In this document: one piece after another, positions 9,301 through 17,359 of the stretch | How positions within the stretch are numbered: position 1 is the first letter of the stretch | How the letters are laid out: each line of letters starts with the position of its first letter | Assembly: GCA_023415715.1 (NCBI GenBank) | Contig: JAEZJP010000206.1 | Coordinates: 16,949 to 80,948 of the forward strand | Length of the DNA: 64,000 bases | Source: Bacillota bacterium | GTDB lineage: Bacteria > Bacillota > Clostridia > Christensenellales > Aristaeellaceae | Direction of reading: 5' to 3' | The notes under the pieces: generated by a model | Database searches by the model: none | Told to the model about the DNA's origin: nothing | Seen by the model: the letters and a program-made list of their open reading frames with translations, nothing else | Translations under genes and position numbers: made by a program

Positions 9301-12300
9301 TCTCTTCCCATTTCCATGCCCATCCATTCCCTGTGATGTCCTTGCCTAATTGGGCTTTTTCATAAGTGGCTCCGTCAATCGTAAGCCTGGTGGGGAGCAC
9401 ATATGTTATTATCATCTGTCCGCTTTGAAAAATTACACGGTTTAAGCCTGTCACATCCTTTGATTGCGCATAAGCCGTGATCTGTGTTTTGCTGAATGCG
9501 GCAGTGGAACCGGCCACATCCAGATACGTACCCGTTCCACTGACGTTAGTCGACCCGTAGGAATCTATGCCGTAACCCGAGTTGCTGCCGGATCCGCGGG
9601 ATGTAACAGACCCGCCATCAATGTAGACCGCACCAAGGTCTGCGACAATACCATTCCCGAAATTACCGCTGCCGCTTCCGATGGCGGTAACCCATCCGCC
9701 TGTAACCGTTACATTTTCTTCGCATGCATGAATACCATAAGCGGAATACCCGGTTCCATTTGCGGTGACATTGCCGCCGTTGATCATGCAGTTCTTAAAT
9801 GCATACAGACCGTACGCGGTGCCCCCAACACTATTGCCCTGGGCGTTTACCACGCCGCTGTCGATCCTGATATTCCTGAGCGCATCAATGCCAACGCTAG
9901 AGTAGCCGGCAGAGATGCCTGATGCATTCACCGTGCTGTTGCTGATTGTGATGTCGTTATTGCTTTCTATACCTTTACCCCACAGGCCGATGCCCTGAGC
10001 TGTTACCGTCCCACCTGTGATATTCACCAAGCCGTATGACATGATGCCGATTCCGTCCCTGCCCTCACCGGTGGCGGTCACCAAGCCTCCACTGATAGTA
10101 ACATAGTTGCTGTTAAAGCCATAGCCATCGCTGCTGCCATTCCCAGTGGCAGACACTGTGCCGCCGCTGATTGATATGCCGCCACCAAGTGCATCAATCC
10201 CATTACCACTGACGGTATCATCACAAATTGCGGTTACCGTGCCGCCGGTGATGATGATGGAGACGTTAGCGTAAATGCCGCTGCAGTAGCTAATATTTGT
10301 GTTCGTGCTTCTGCCGGTTGCTGTCAATGTGCCACCGCTTACGACAATGTTCCCCGACGTTGTATGCATGCCATAACCTGGAACATTGGCCTGTGTGTTA
10401 TTGCCGGTAACTGTTACCGTACCGCCCTGCATGGTAATACTGCCAGCCTTGATGGCAGACCCGTCAGTGGAAGTGACATCCAGTGATCCGTCACCGTTGA
10501 TTTGCAGGCTGCCACCGCTCAATACATGACCATTGATATTGCTTGTGCCTGTAAGCGTCAGGGCCAGCGTATCCGGACTTCCGCTTTGAATTGTGATGTT
10601 TCCGCTATTCAACTGAAGATCATAGACAGTCAAGTTGGTTACAGAGGCAGCAACCTGTATGCTTGCCGTATCGCTGCCGCCGCTTACCGTCAGCCCGCTT
10701 TGAGTGATCTGCAAAAGATCGTCCGCATAGCTCCAGCCTTCTCCCGAACCCGCGCTCGCAGGCACACCATCCAAATAAAGAATGGGTGTGGAATCCATAA
10801 TGGTCACGGTGAACGGGACGAAACGCGGTCCTTCGTACACAAAATACAGCGTATGCTCTCCGACTTCCAAACTATCCAGTTCAGGAATGGAAAGGATTAC
10901 TTCTTTGCGTATACCTTCAATTGGATCAATGACAATAGAATCGGCATGCGGAAATGTCAGCAGGCCCGTAATCCCTGCCAGCGGATTCTCCATCGGTAAA
11001 ACTCTGACATGAATCGCGTCATGATTTGGACCGCTGCCTTCGTATTTGTCGTATACAGTACGTTCTGGCTGGAGCTGCACAACCGGGACCGTATCCGCTA
11101 CATTCAGCGAAAACAAAATATTGTCACCGCAGTCCAGGGTGAACGTCAAATCATATGGACCAGGAATCAGCGTTTTGAGATACACCTGCGACAACGTGAC
11201 AGTATCGTTGGCAAATGTATATTCATTGCCCTCTGTCAACCCTTCGATCCCCACAAACGTACATCCTGACAACTGCAACCCTACGGTGATATCGCCGGGC
11301 GCAGCATGGTCAAAAACAGCGGATGAAGGTGTAAGCGCACCCGTGTTGGCGCCATCGTATACGACCACAATTACGGGGATGCTTCCGCCGGGGGCGAAAG
11401 CAAAGGTCAATTGGTTTTCCCCCAAAGGCAGCAGGCCGAGGGTCTCCTTGGGTATGGTTACCGTATCGTCAGAAACCGTATAATCGCTTCCCGCTTCCAT
11501 GCCCACAATGCCGGAAAACGCGGTATTGTCCATGGCAAGCGTAAAGGTCAAATCCGTATAGTGCGGGCTGCCCTCTTTGATATTGTATACCGTTCTTATG
11601 GGTGATACACTGAAAACAGGTGTGGTGTCAACGACTGTAATCTCTACAATCACCTGCTGGCTGTCGCTGAACTCCATTGTGAACTGATGGGACCCGACAG
11701 CCAAGGAGGAAAGGTAACCGGTCAGTATTGCAACGCTTGTATCTAAAACCGTATAGTCAGTATCCAAAGTCATCCCGGAAATGCCGGTAAAGGTTACATC
11801 CTGCAAATCCGAAAGATCGATTACAACATCGGCATGTGCTGCCGCATCTGAATACAGATCAAAGGAATATTGAGTTTCTATATTCTCAACAGACATCAGC
11901 TGGGATACGCCTATCGGGCCAAATCTCTGCGTGAGGTTGATTTCAGGTTCATCCGACGGTTCCGGTGTTGGCTCATCTGCCACCACGGGTTCAATTGACA
12001 ATATGGCCAGTGGATAATCACGCTCTTCCTGATAGTAGAACTGACTTGCTCCCCTATTCACTGTAACGAATGATGCAGCCTCATCCATGCTCATTGGCCG
12101 CAGGTTTTCGGCAGCTATATAACCGGTTTTTACGCCTTCCTGCGTAGCAAACGCAATTTTAAGCCGGTCATTGCTTTCACCGGCATTGGCTCTGGCAACT
12201 GCATAGGCTACGCCCCTGCCAATCTTTGCATATGCTACTGATATCGACGCATTCTCATAGATTTCAGCTTCCCGAATAACCACCGCATACCCTTTGGTGA

Positions 12301-12727
12301 AGGAAATGCTATGTGCCGCATCAAGGGTGTAATCAATCGGTTCAGTCACAGGGGCTTCTGACGCTTCTGGCAAAACTGTAGGCTCTTGCGTTTGTAATGG
12401 TTCTATAGTATCCGTAGGCACAGGAGTATCCGTAGGCGCAGGAGTGTCCGTTGGCACAGGAGTATCCGTAGGAGCAGGAGTATCCGTTGGCACAGGAGTA
12501 TCCGTAGGCGCAGGAGTATCCGTAGGCGCAGGAGTATCCGTTTGTATAGGTGTATCCGTTGGAGCAGGAATATCAGTTTGAGTTTCATTTGTCTCGCTGA
12601 GAGCCTGAAGGATGAACGGGTTTTGCCCTTCATTATCAAATAAGGCTGCCGGCACGATAAGATTGATGATCAAAACAATAATTGTCAATACAGAAATATG
12701 CCTTTTTGTAACTTTGAAATAGCTCAT
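4031..12727 (-). CDS. giant repeat-rich cell-surface protein (2,898 aa; putative adhesin)
   Basis: Signal-anchor N-terminus, (PxPTDT)n linker, and four Ig-like modules of about 90 aa. Then four blocks of Gly-rich GGTVTA-type beta-helix-like turns, each preceded by a GWxW...LTLxGYxG unit. The C-terminus is an array of Big_2-type domains. Confidence 0.9.
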   Translation of the reverse strand: MSYFKVTKRHISVLTIIVLIINLIVPAALFDNEGQNPFILQALSETNETQTDIPAPTDTPIQTDTPAPTDTPAPTDTPVPTDTPAPTDTPVPTDTPAPTDTPVPTDTIEPLQTQEPTVLPEASEAPVTEPIDYTLDAAHSISFTKGYAVVIREAEIYENASISVAYAKIGRGVAYAVARANAGESNDRLKIAFATQEGVKTGYIAAENLRPMSMDEAASFVTVNRGASQFYYQEERDYPLAILSIEPVVADEPTPEPSDEPEINLTQRFGPIGVSQLMSVENIETQYSFDLYSDAAAHADVVIDLSDLQDVTFTGISGMTLDTDYTVLDTSVAILTGYLSSLAVGSHQFTMEFSDSQQVIVEITVVDTTPVFSVSPIRTVYNIKEGSPHYTDLTFTLAMDNTAFSGIVGMEAGSDYTVSDDTVTIPKETLGLLPLGENQLTFAFAPGGSIPVIVVVYDGANTGALTPSSAVFDHAAPGDITVGLQLSGCTFVGIEGLTEGNEYTFANDTVTLSQVYLKTLIPGPYDLTFTLDCGDNILFSLNVADTVPVVQLQPERTVYDKYEGSGPNHDAIHVRVLPMENPLAGITGLLTFPHADSIVIDPIEGIRKEVILSIPELDSLEVGEHTLYFVYEGPRFVPFTVTIMDSTPILYLDGVPASAGSGEGWSYADDLLQITQSGLTVSGGSDTASIQVAASVTNLTVYDLQLNSGNITIQSGSPDTLALTLTGTSNINGHVLSGGSLQINGDGSLDVTSTDGSAIKAGSITMQGGTVTVTGNNTQANVPGYGMHTTSGNIVVSGGTLTATGRSTNTNISYCSGIYANVSIIITGGTVTAICDDTVSGNGIDALGGGISISGGTVSATGNGSSDGYGFNSNYVTISGGLVTATGEGRDGIGIMSYGLVNITGGTVTAQGIGLWGKGIESNNDITISNSTVNASGISAGYSSVGIDALRNIRIDSGVVNAQGNSVGGTAYGLYAFKNCMINGGNVTANGTGYSAYGIHACEENVTVTGGWVTAIGSGSGNFGNGIVADLGAVYIDGGSVTSRGSGSNSGYGIDSYGSTNVSGTGTYLDVAGSTAAFSKTQITAYAQSKDVTGLNRVIFQSGQMIITYVLPTRLTIDGATYEKAQLGKDITGNGWAWKWEETTLTLQGYNGSAISASNIAPLQLILADGTENTVTSTSSRAIETGKLIISGNGSLTATGTGTGGSYGYGIYASDVTIQSGVVTAVGNATAGDSNNAYGIYAPASSVTISGGTVTAIANASDYGYGLKTSNLYIQGGSVTVSSSGLKSCNGILATGDITITGGSLVANISSSSGYPITAYDDLEVSGGTVTADGTYGIVTSDDITINGGVVTASGGYYGLNSSGSVSINGGTVIARGKFYGISALGIGIGGTAFVDSVGDSRAFDPAIINAGGQQADTTGWKYALYDGGVLRQAEGPSGLTIGGTTYGPSSLIMGISKTDWSWDWETKLLTLQGYNGGKISYNGPTLNLMLTEDTENSAVNDYGPGVSAPSIIVSGKGKLTVDGDGSYGYGLYATSGGITILDGEITADGYYGGLCSSSGDIIISGGTVEASARTNANAIYAHNGSVAIHGGNVTANARRGYSDSHGIKSYHGNFTMDGGTVNTSGECGVRTDGGDIVISGGTLTAEGYDPTGWSRGYGIHANTGNITIQDGVVVSNGTHRSIYTTAGDITINGGSVKAYGEGYRGLSTDSGNVYINHGTVLICVTSANAYGIHASSSIVISGSDTHMKVAASTAAFSKDTITVNGQPVNVSGMEQASYRNGAMSSISSLKIPFNLTIGGESHTAYELFESDISGDGWTWNCEASLLTLNGYEGGPIVSTGPAVLQISLENNTQNNVLNLEANGTAIRAASVEIGGSGSLAVHGSFAGIYADDRIAFVGTQARIRAWGMNALVASTKTANGTPVYMQESWNHALYENGSLKEIETPSRLDIGDLSYLQDDLFEDISGSGWAWDCETAQLTLRGCNVGYIQCLSGSSLQVVLEEGTHNIASGLWTGGSLYISGRGILIATALQAVGASSSIFVEHSVVLTEQYYASGLTVQGGLFFKGSNHIYTLEKDTVIQRNLVLPEGNRYIIPAGRRVTIAQGASLTVNGELVNNGTLTGNVISGSGNTTKISAISLNPSSKTVYVNQTFTPATTFTPGYAANKQVTWSSSNTAVATVSSAGLVTGKKAGTAVIRATAKDGSGVYGQCTVTVKQYVTQLTLSSTSVPVIPGKTVTLGITALPADASDKQVSWASSNTAVATVSSAGVVTGLRLGTATITATAKDGSGVKAICTVTVGQPAASVTLNLPKITIGVGQAVSTVTAGVLPANAIIKQVSWSSSNSTVAKVDVTGKITGVKTGTATITATAADGSGKQASVVVTVVSAGSGVTGIKLSLTSATVYVKKTLTLKATITPTSVSNSTVQWVSSNTAVATVSNGVVTGVAPGSATITAISSSGISARCTITVTDVPVSSVTLSKTSISILIGSAYQLTATVLPADAKNKTLTWTSSNVTIATVDTTGKVTAKALGTATITAKSNNGKTAACLVTVNPVKITALTLSPASTTISIGKGEVLGKKITLKANITPTNATIRTFNWTTTNSKVATVDQNGVVTSVGYGTAIIRATAKDGSGVYGQSTVTVKKYVTQLTLSRTSAPVIPGKTVTLGITVLPADAFDKQVSWASSNTAVATVSSAGVVTGLRLGTATITATAKDGSGVKAICTVTVGQPAASVTLNLPKITIGVGQAVSTVTAGVLPTNAIIKQVSWSSSNSAVAKVDATGKITGVKTGTATITATAADGSRKAASVVVTVVSAGRGVTGIKLSLTSATVYVKKTLTLKATLTPTSVSNPAVQWISSNKAAATVNNGVVTGVAPGSTTITAISSSGISVRCTITVTDVR
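12404..12574. repeat. 18-bp tandem repeat encoding the Pro/Thr-rich linker
   Basis: AGGAGTATCCGTAGGCGC-type units repeated about 9 times on the + strand. These encode PAPTDTPVPTDT... at residues 52-108. Confidence 0.85.
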
Positions 12728-12859
12728 GCGTTCGTTTGTCTCCTTGTTCTTATCATCTTCATATTCAAATATTCATCGCATTCTCTTCAAGATTAATGGT
12801 AGCATTTATAAAATATAGAGTCAATCATTTATTGTAACATTTGATCATTGCTCCCACAG

Positions 12860-12900
12860 GGTCACAGGTTAAAATCCCGCCGGGCATGCCAAAAACCCTG
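12860..12900 (+). pseudogene. decayed 3' fragment of tRNA-Arg(CCG) (att remnant)
   Basis: GGTCACAGGTTAAAATCCCGCCGGGCATGCCAAAAACCCT compared with 3508-3546 GGTCACAGGTTCAAATCCTGCCGGGCATACCAAAACCCT. There are 3 substitutions and one extra A. No 5' half of a tRNA is present. Confidence 0.75.
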
Positions 12901-12976
12901 TAATCACGGTGGTTACAGGGCTTCCCTATAGAGTTGTGACCTTTTTAGGTACTTTATTAGAAAAAGCCACAGTGCG

Positions 12977-13342
12977 TCATATTTGCTTTTTGTTTGATGC
13001 CCCAAAGAAAAATCCTACAGAGGTAGTCACGACATATTTTAGAATATCAATAACAGATGAAGCACTTCCATTGTTATTGCCCGCGACTAGAAGATCAATC
13101 AACCAGACGCCAACTATTGCAAAAATGCAGACATAAGCAAGCACTAGCGCTGATGAATCCTTCACCTCAAGTCGATCTTTTCCATAGAATCTACGTTGAA
13201 AAAAGCCAGGTTTTTTCCCCATCTTGGCACTATTTCTAGAACAAACTATACCCGGCTCTTCATCTTCTTCATACGGCTGGTCTGGTATGAAATCAACGCC
13301 CTGTTCTTCATGAGGTTTTTCTGAATCCATATCACACACCAT
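12977..13342 (-). CDS. small two-TM membrane protein, candidate toxin partner of the DUF4065 protein
   Basis: Acidic N-terminus, then two hydrophobic helices (ALVLAYVCIFAIVGVWLIDLLV and VIDILKYVVTTSVGFFFGA). Lies 17 nt downstream of the DUF4065 gene on the same strand. Confidence 0.6.
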   Translation of the reverse strand: MVCDMDSEKPHEEQGVDFIPDQPYEEDEEPGIVCSRNSAKMGKKPGFFQRRFYGKDRLEVKDSSALVLAYVCIFAIVGVWLIDLLVAGNNNGSASSVIDILKYVVTTSVGFFFGASNKKQI

Positions 13343-13359
13343 CCTTTTCCGAAAGCATA

Positions 13360-13809
13360 TCAGGCCAGTTTCTCGCGAATTATATCTTGATCAGATAAGA
13401 CCGAACTGCATTGATCTACAGCTTTCATCCAAGCGCCATCGGCTCTGTGGGTGATCTCTGATAACTCTATACCTGTGTAGCCAGCGAAAAGTTCCCATAC
13501 TCGATCCAATGATCTCTTTAGCTCTTGATTTTGTGATAAAGAAACCATTGCGTAATCACCGTCTGAGTCTATCAAGTATTTCCTGATTGGAGATGAGCCA
13601 TATTTTCTAAAAGCATTATACACATCTGATAATACAGGCCCATACTTCCAAGGCTCAAACCTTTCCGGAAATAAAACCGCATTATTATTTTGCAGGTAAT
13701 CTGCATACAAAAGATACAGAAGCTTCTGCAGCTTCATCTGAGTTATGGGCATACCTTCGTCATGAGCGCGTTTTAGTATACAGTTAGCAATATGTGGTAA
13801 CTGATACAT
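13360..13809 (-). CDS. DUF4065 / Panacea-domain (SocA/GepA-like) antitoxin-type protein
   Basis: ITQMKLQKLLYLLYADYL...FEPWKYGPVLSDVYNAFRKYG matches the DUF4065 core pattern. Start placed at the ATG (MYQLPH) 6 nt after GGAGGTG rather than at the GTG at 13824. Confidence 0.85.
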   Translation of the reverse strand: MYQLPHIANCILKRAHDEGMPITQMKLQKLLYLLYADYLQNNNAVLFPERFEPWKYGPVLSDVYNAFRKYGSSPIRKYLIDSDGDYAMVSLSQNQELKRSLDRVWELFAGYTGIELSEITHRADGAWMKAVDQCSSVLSDQDIIREKLA

Positions 13810-14174
13810 ACGCAACACCTCCACCGAAGCAACTCGTTGTCTCGCATTCTTGGGTGCATACTATGCAACCAGCAATCCATTATATGCCAATTGTCCATAA
13901 AGTGATTATTGATTTTCAAGCGTCTCCTGCACAATATAAGACCAGGATAATTTCATAATTAAACCAAGCAATACTACCATGTTCAAAGCTCTTAAAATAT
14001 ATGTTCATTTTTCATATTTATCTTGGCATAACTCTAAAGTGCCACATAATATAATTCAGATAGGTATGACACGCAAAATGAAATATGTTGCACTAAACTC
14101 TCATGGCCATACCGGATGACAGGCGCTTTTTATGCTGTTATCCGTATGAGTATAATTCAGGAGGAAATCTTTTC

Positions 14175-15431
14175 ATGAGGAAGCTCTTTGCCCTTACGTT
14201 AACACTGGTGCTGGTCTTGTCAAGCTCGGCAGCACTGGCTCAGACTGAACTCACCGTCTGGTGCTGGGATCCGGCATTCAACCTCTATGCTATCCAGGAA
14301 GCCGCGAAGATTTATGAAAAAATCAATCCGGATGTGAAAATCAATCTGGTGGAGACTTCGTCCGCCGACTGCGAAACGAAGCAAACGGTAGCGCTCAGTT
14401 CCGGTGAGACAGCAACGCTGCCCGACATCGTTCTTATGCAGGACAACTCCGGCCGCAAGTTCCTGAACACCTTCCCCGGATCATACTTTGACATGAGCGG
14501 CCTTGTAGATTACAAAAACTTTGCCTCCTACAAGGTCAACCACTTTACCTTCGACGGCAAACAGTTCGCCGTTCCCTTTGACAATGGCTGTGCCGCCACC
14601 TTTGTTCGCACAGACTATCTGAAAGCTGCAGGTTTCTCCTTGGCCGATCTTACTGATATCACCTGGGACCAGTTCATTGAGATCGGAAAAAAGGTCAAGG
14701 AAGCTACAGGCCAATACATGGTTACCACGCAAGTTGGCTACAACGACTTTGTGATGATGATGATCCAAAGCGCAGGCTCCTGGTTCTTTGACGCGGAAGG
14801 CAAGCCCAATATTGCAAAAAACCCTGTCATCAAGGAGGTTGTACAAACCATTGTGAAGCTCCGGCAGAGCGGCATTGTAAAGGAAGCTGTTGACTGGACC
14901 GAGTATATTGCCTCCTTCAACAACGGCTCCGCCGCATCCACTATACAGGGCTGCTGGATTATCGGCTCAATCGTATTGGTTAAGGATCAGGAAGGCAAGT
15001 GGGGCATGACCAACGTGCCCAGGCTGAACGTGGAAGGCGCCACCAACTACTCAAGTCAGGGTGGTTCATCCTGGGTGGTCCCCGCCACCAGCAAAAACCC
15101 TGAAGCCGCTGTGGATTTCCTGAGCAAGACCTTTGGCGGCAGCGTAGAGTTCTATCAGACCATCCTTGCCTCCTCCGGCGCCATCGCCACCTATCTCCCC
15201 GCGGCCGGCGGCAGCGCTTATGGTCAGCCCCATCCCTTCTTTGCTGGCCAAAAGGTGTTTGAGGATCTGATGAAATATTCCGCCAGCATACCCATGGTGG
15301 AATACGGCATGTACAATTATGAAGCCCGTGACGCGGTGGTCGTGGCCATCGACGAAGTATTCAAAGGCGGAGATATTGACGCCGCACTGCAAACCGCCCA
15401 GGAGACAGTGGAATTTCTGATGGCGGAATAA
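14175..15431 (+). CDS. sugar ABC transporter substrate-binding protein (family 1 / CUT1)
   Basis: ORF 14103..15431. Start moved to MRKLFALTLTLVLVLSSSAALA (signal peptide) after AGGAGGA. Typical SBP_bac_1 length and pattern. Confidence 0.85.
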   Translation: MRKLFALTLTLVLVLSSSAALAQTELTVWCWDPAFNLYAIQEAAKIYEKINPDVKINLVETSSADCETKQTVALSSGETATLPDIVLMQDNSGRKFLNTFPGSYFDMSGLVDYKNFASYKVNHFTFDGKQFAVPFDNGCAATFVRTDYLKAAGFSLADLTDITWDQFIEIGKKVKEATGQYMVTTQVGYNDFVMMMIQSAGSWFFDAEGKPNIAKNPVIKEVVQTIVKLRQSGIVKEAVDWTEYIASFNNGSAASTIQGCWIIGSIVLVKDQEGKWGMTNVPRLNVEGATNYSSQGGSSWVVPATSKNPEAAVDFLSKTFGGSVEFYQTILASSGAIATYLPAAGGSAYGQPHPFFAGQKVFEDLMKYSASIPMVEYGMYNYEARDAVVVAIDEVFKGGDIDAALQTAQETVEFLMAE

Positions 15432-15511
15432 TGCGTGAATATCGCTGTTTGGCAGTCTCAGAGCAAATGGTATAACCCTTGATTGCATTTGCACATCTCG
15501 CCTGTTTGAAA

Positions 15512-15537
15512 GGGGCGCTGAGCCATGCCGGCGCCCC
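15512..15537 (+). terminator. intercistronic hairpin / partial terminator between binding-protein and permease genes
   Basis: GGGGCGC ... GCGCCCC stem, followed by CTTCCACATTTTTT. Confidence 0.45.
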
Positions 15538-15566
15538 CTTCCACATTTTTTCGGGAGGAATAAAGA

Positions 15567-16463
15567 ATGCTAAAGCAAAATCTCATCCGCAGCCGGGGCC
15601 TGGACCGAAACATCCGCCGAAAAGGCTGGCTGTTCGTGATCCCGGCCACGCTGCTCATTCTTGTGCTTTGTTTTTATCCCATGGTCCAGGCATTTATTCT
15701 ATCACTTCAGTCCGGCAAAGGGAACGCGCTTAAATGGACAGCCTTTTCCAACTACGAGCGGATACTAAAGGATAAGACATTCATTGCAGCCATCCAGAAC
15801 ACGCTGTTTTACCTGGCAATACAGGTTCCAATCATGCTTTTGCTTGCGCTTATTCTGGCTTCGATGCTCAATGATAAAAAGCTTCTGGGCCGGGGCATTT
15901 ACCGTACGCTTATCTTTCTGCCCTGCGCCACGTCGCTTGTCTCCTGCGCCATTATTTTCAAGCAGCTTTTTGCTGCCAATGGCTTTATCAACACTCAGCT
16001 TTTGGCAGCCGGCTGGATTCAAGAGCCCATTCCGTTTTTGACAGATGCCGTGCTGGCCCGGCTTGTCATCATCATTACCATGCTGTGGCGCTGGACGGGA
16101 TATAATATGGTGTTCTATCTTGCAGGGCTGCAAAATATCGACTCGCAGGTGTATGAGGCCGCCAGGATCGACGGTGCATCAGTGGTACAGCAATTTACGG
16201 GGATAACCGTGCCGCTGCTGCGCCCCATCATTTTGCTTACCACCATACTTTCCACCAACGGTACCCTGCAGCTTTTTGATGAAGTGTTCAATATGACCAA
16301 CGGCGGGCCCGGGAATGCAACCATCACCTTATCGGTGCATATCTACCGGCTTACGTTCCAGAATGTGCCGCAATTCGGCTACGCGTCCTCCATAGCATAT
16401 GTGATATTCCTCTTAGTGGCGCTGCTGGCATTCGTACAGTTGAAGGCAGGTGAATCCAAATGA
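15567..16463 (+). CDS. sugar ABC transporter permease (MalF/UgpA-like)
   Basis: Multi-TM protein with EAA loop YEAARIDGASVVQQFTGITVPLLRP. Confidence 0.9.
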   Translation: MLKQNLIRSRGLDRNIRRKGWLFVIPATLLILVLCFYPMVQAFILSLQSGKGNALKWTAFSNYERILKDKTFIAAIQNTLFYLAIQVPIMLLLALILASMLNDKKLLGRGIYRTLIFLPCATSLVSCAIIFKQLFAANGFINTQLLAAGWIQEPIPFLTDAVLARLVIIITMLWRWTGYNMVFYLAGLQNIDSQVYEAARIDGASVVQQFTGITVPLLRPIILLTTILSTNGTLQLFDEVFNMTNGGPGNATITLSVHIYRLTFQNVPQFGYASSIAYVIFLLVALLAFVQLKAGESK

Positions 16464-17290
16464 CGGCAAAAGGCGCCGCATTCCATGTACGCCCCAGCCG
16501 GGCCTTCAAGCACCTGTTTTTGATACTCGTTTCCCTGCTGTCCGCCTTCCCCTTTTACTGGATGGCAGTTTCCTCAACCAATATATCTACCGATGTGGTC
16601 CTTGGACGGATGCTGCCAGGATCGTACCTTTGGGAAAACATCAAAACCCTGTCTGAATCGGGAGCGCTTTTTAGGGCTTTCTCCAATTCCTGCCTATATT
16701 CCCTTGCCACTACCTTCGGCGCGCTGCTCATCAGCTCCATGGCCGGGTATGGCTTCATTGTATATCAGGATAAAGGTAAGAACTTTGTCATGGGCCTTCT
16801 GCTTCTTTCCATGATGGTTCCTACCGCCGCAACGCTGATTCCCCTATTCCGGTTTTTCAGCCAAATCGGACTGATCAATTCGGTAGCCGGGTACATGCTC
16901 CCAATGCTGGCCACCGCCTTCCTCATCTTCATGTTCAGGCAGAGCGCACACACCTTCCCGCAGGAACTTACGCAGGCCGCCCGTATCGACGGCCTTAAGG
17001 AATTTCAGATCTTTGCGCGAATGTTCGTGCCGATCATGAAGCCCACCTATGCCGCCGCCGCCACCATCACCTTCATGAACAGCTGGAATGCCTACATGTG
17101 GCCTCTGGTGGTGCTGCAGCAGCCGGAGAAGATTACCATGCCCATCTTCGTGGCCAATTTGCAAACCGGTTACGTACTGGATTACGGCATGATCATGCTG
17201 GGGGTCACCATCACCACCCTGCCTACCTTGATCATCTTCTTTCTATTGCAAAAAAGCTTTGTGGAAGGCATATTGGGATCGCTGAAGTAA
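16460..17290 (+). CDS. sugar ABC transporter permease (MalG/UgpE-like)
   Basis: Multi-TM protein with EAA loop QAARIDGLKEFQIFARMFVPIMKP. Its start overlaps the upstream stop by 4 nt. Confidence 0.9.
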   Translation: MTAKGAAFHVRPSRAFKHLFLILVSLLSAFPFYWMAVSSTNISTDVVLGRMLPGSYLWENIKTLSESGALFRAFSNSCLYSLATTFGALLISSMAGYGFIVYQDKGKNFVMGLLLLSMMVPTAATLIPLFRFFSQIGLINSVAGYMLPMLATAFLIFMFRQSAHTFPQELTQAARIDGLKEFQIFARMFVPIMKPTYAAAATITFMNSWNAYMWPLVVLQQPEKITMPIFVANLQTGYVLDYGMIMLGVTITTLPTLIIFFLLQKSFVEGILGSLK

Positions 17291-17296
17291 AAAAAA

Positions 17297-17327
17297 CCAT
17301 GCTCCTTGCCGTATGGAAGGAGCATGG
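17297..17327. terminator. hairpin terminator between convergent ABC and spore-coat operons
   Basis: CCATGCTCCTT ... AAGGAGCATGG stem flanked by an A7 run. That run is the U-tract for the minus-strand operon. Confidence 0.6.
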
Positions 17328-17359
17328 CCACATTTCAGGCTATAACTTGGGAAAACCGC

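Larger units (their letters stand above)
3540..12900. mobile_element. degenerate tRNA-associated genomic island (no mobility genes left)
   Basis: Bounded by the intact tRNA-Arg(CCG) 3' end and a direct, decayed copy of the same roughly 42 nt at 12860-12900. It contains one gene only. Confidence 0.55.

Noticed and set aside
12860-12900. A second functional tRNA gene at 12860
   Set aside because: Only the T-arm and acceptor 3' half are present, and the T-stem pairing is degraded. There is no D arm or anticodon arm upstream.
14175-17290. The missing ATPase in the ABC transporter operon as an anomaly
   Set aside because: CUT1-family sugar importers in Firmicutes commonly share a separately encoded MsmK-type ATPase, so this is ordinary.
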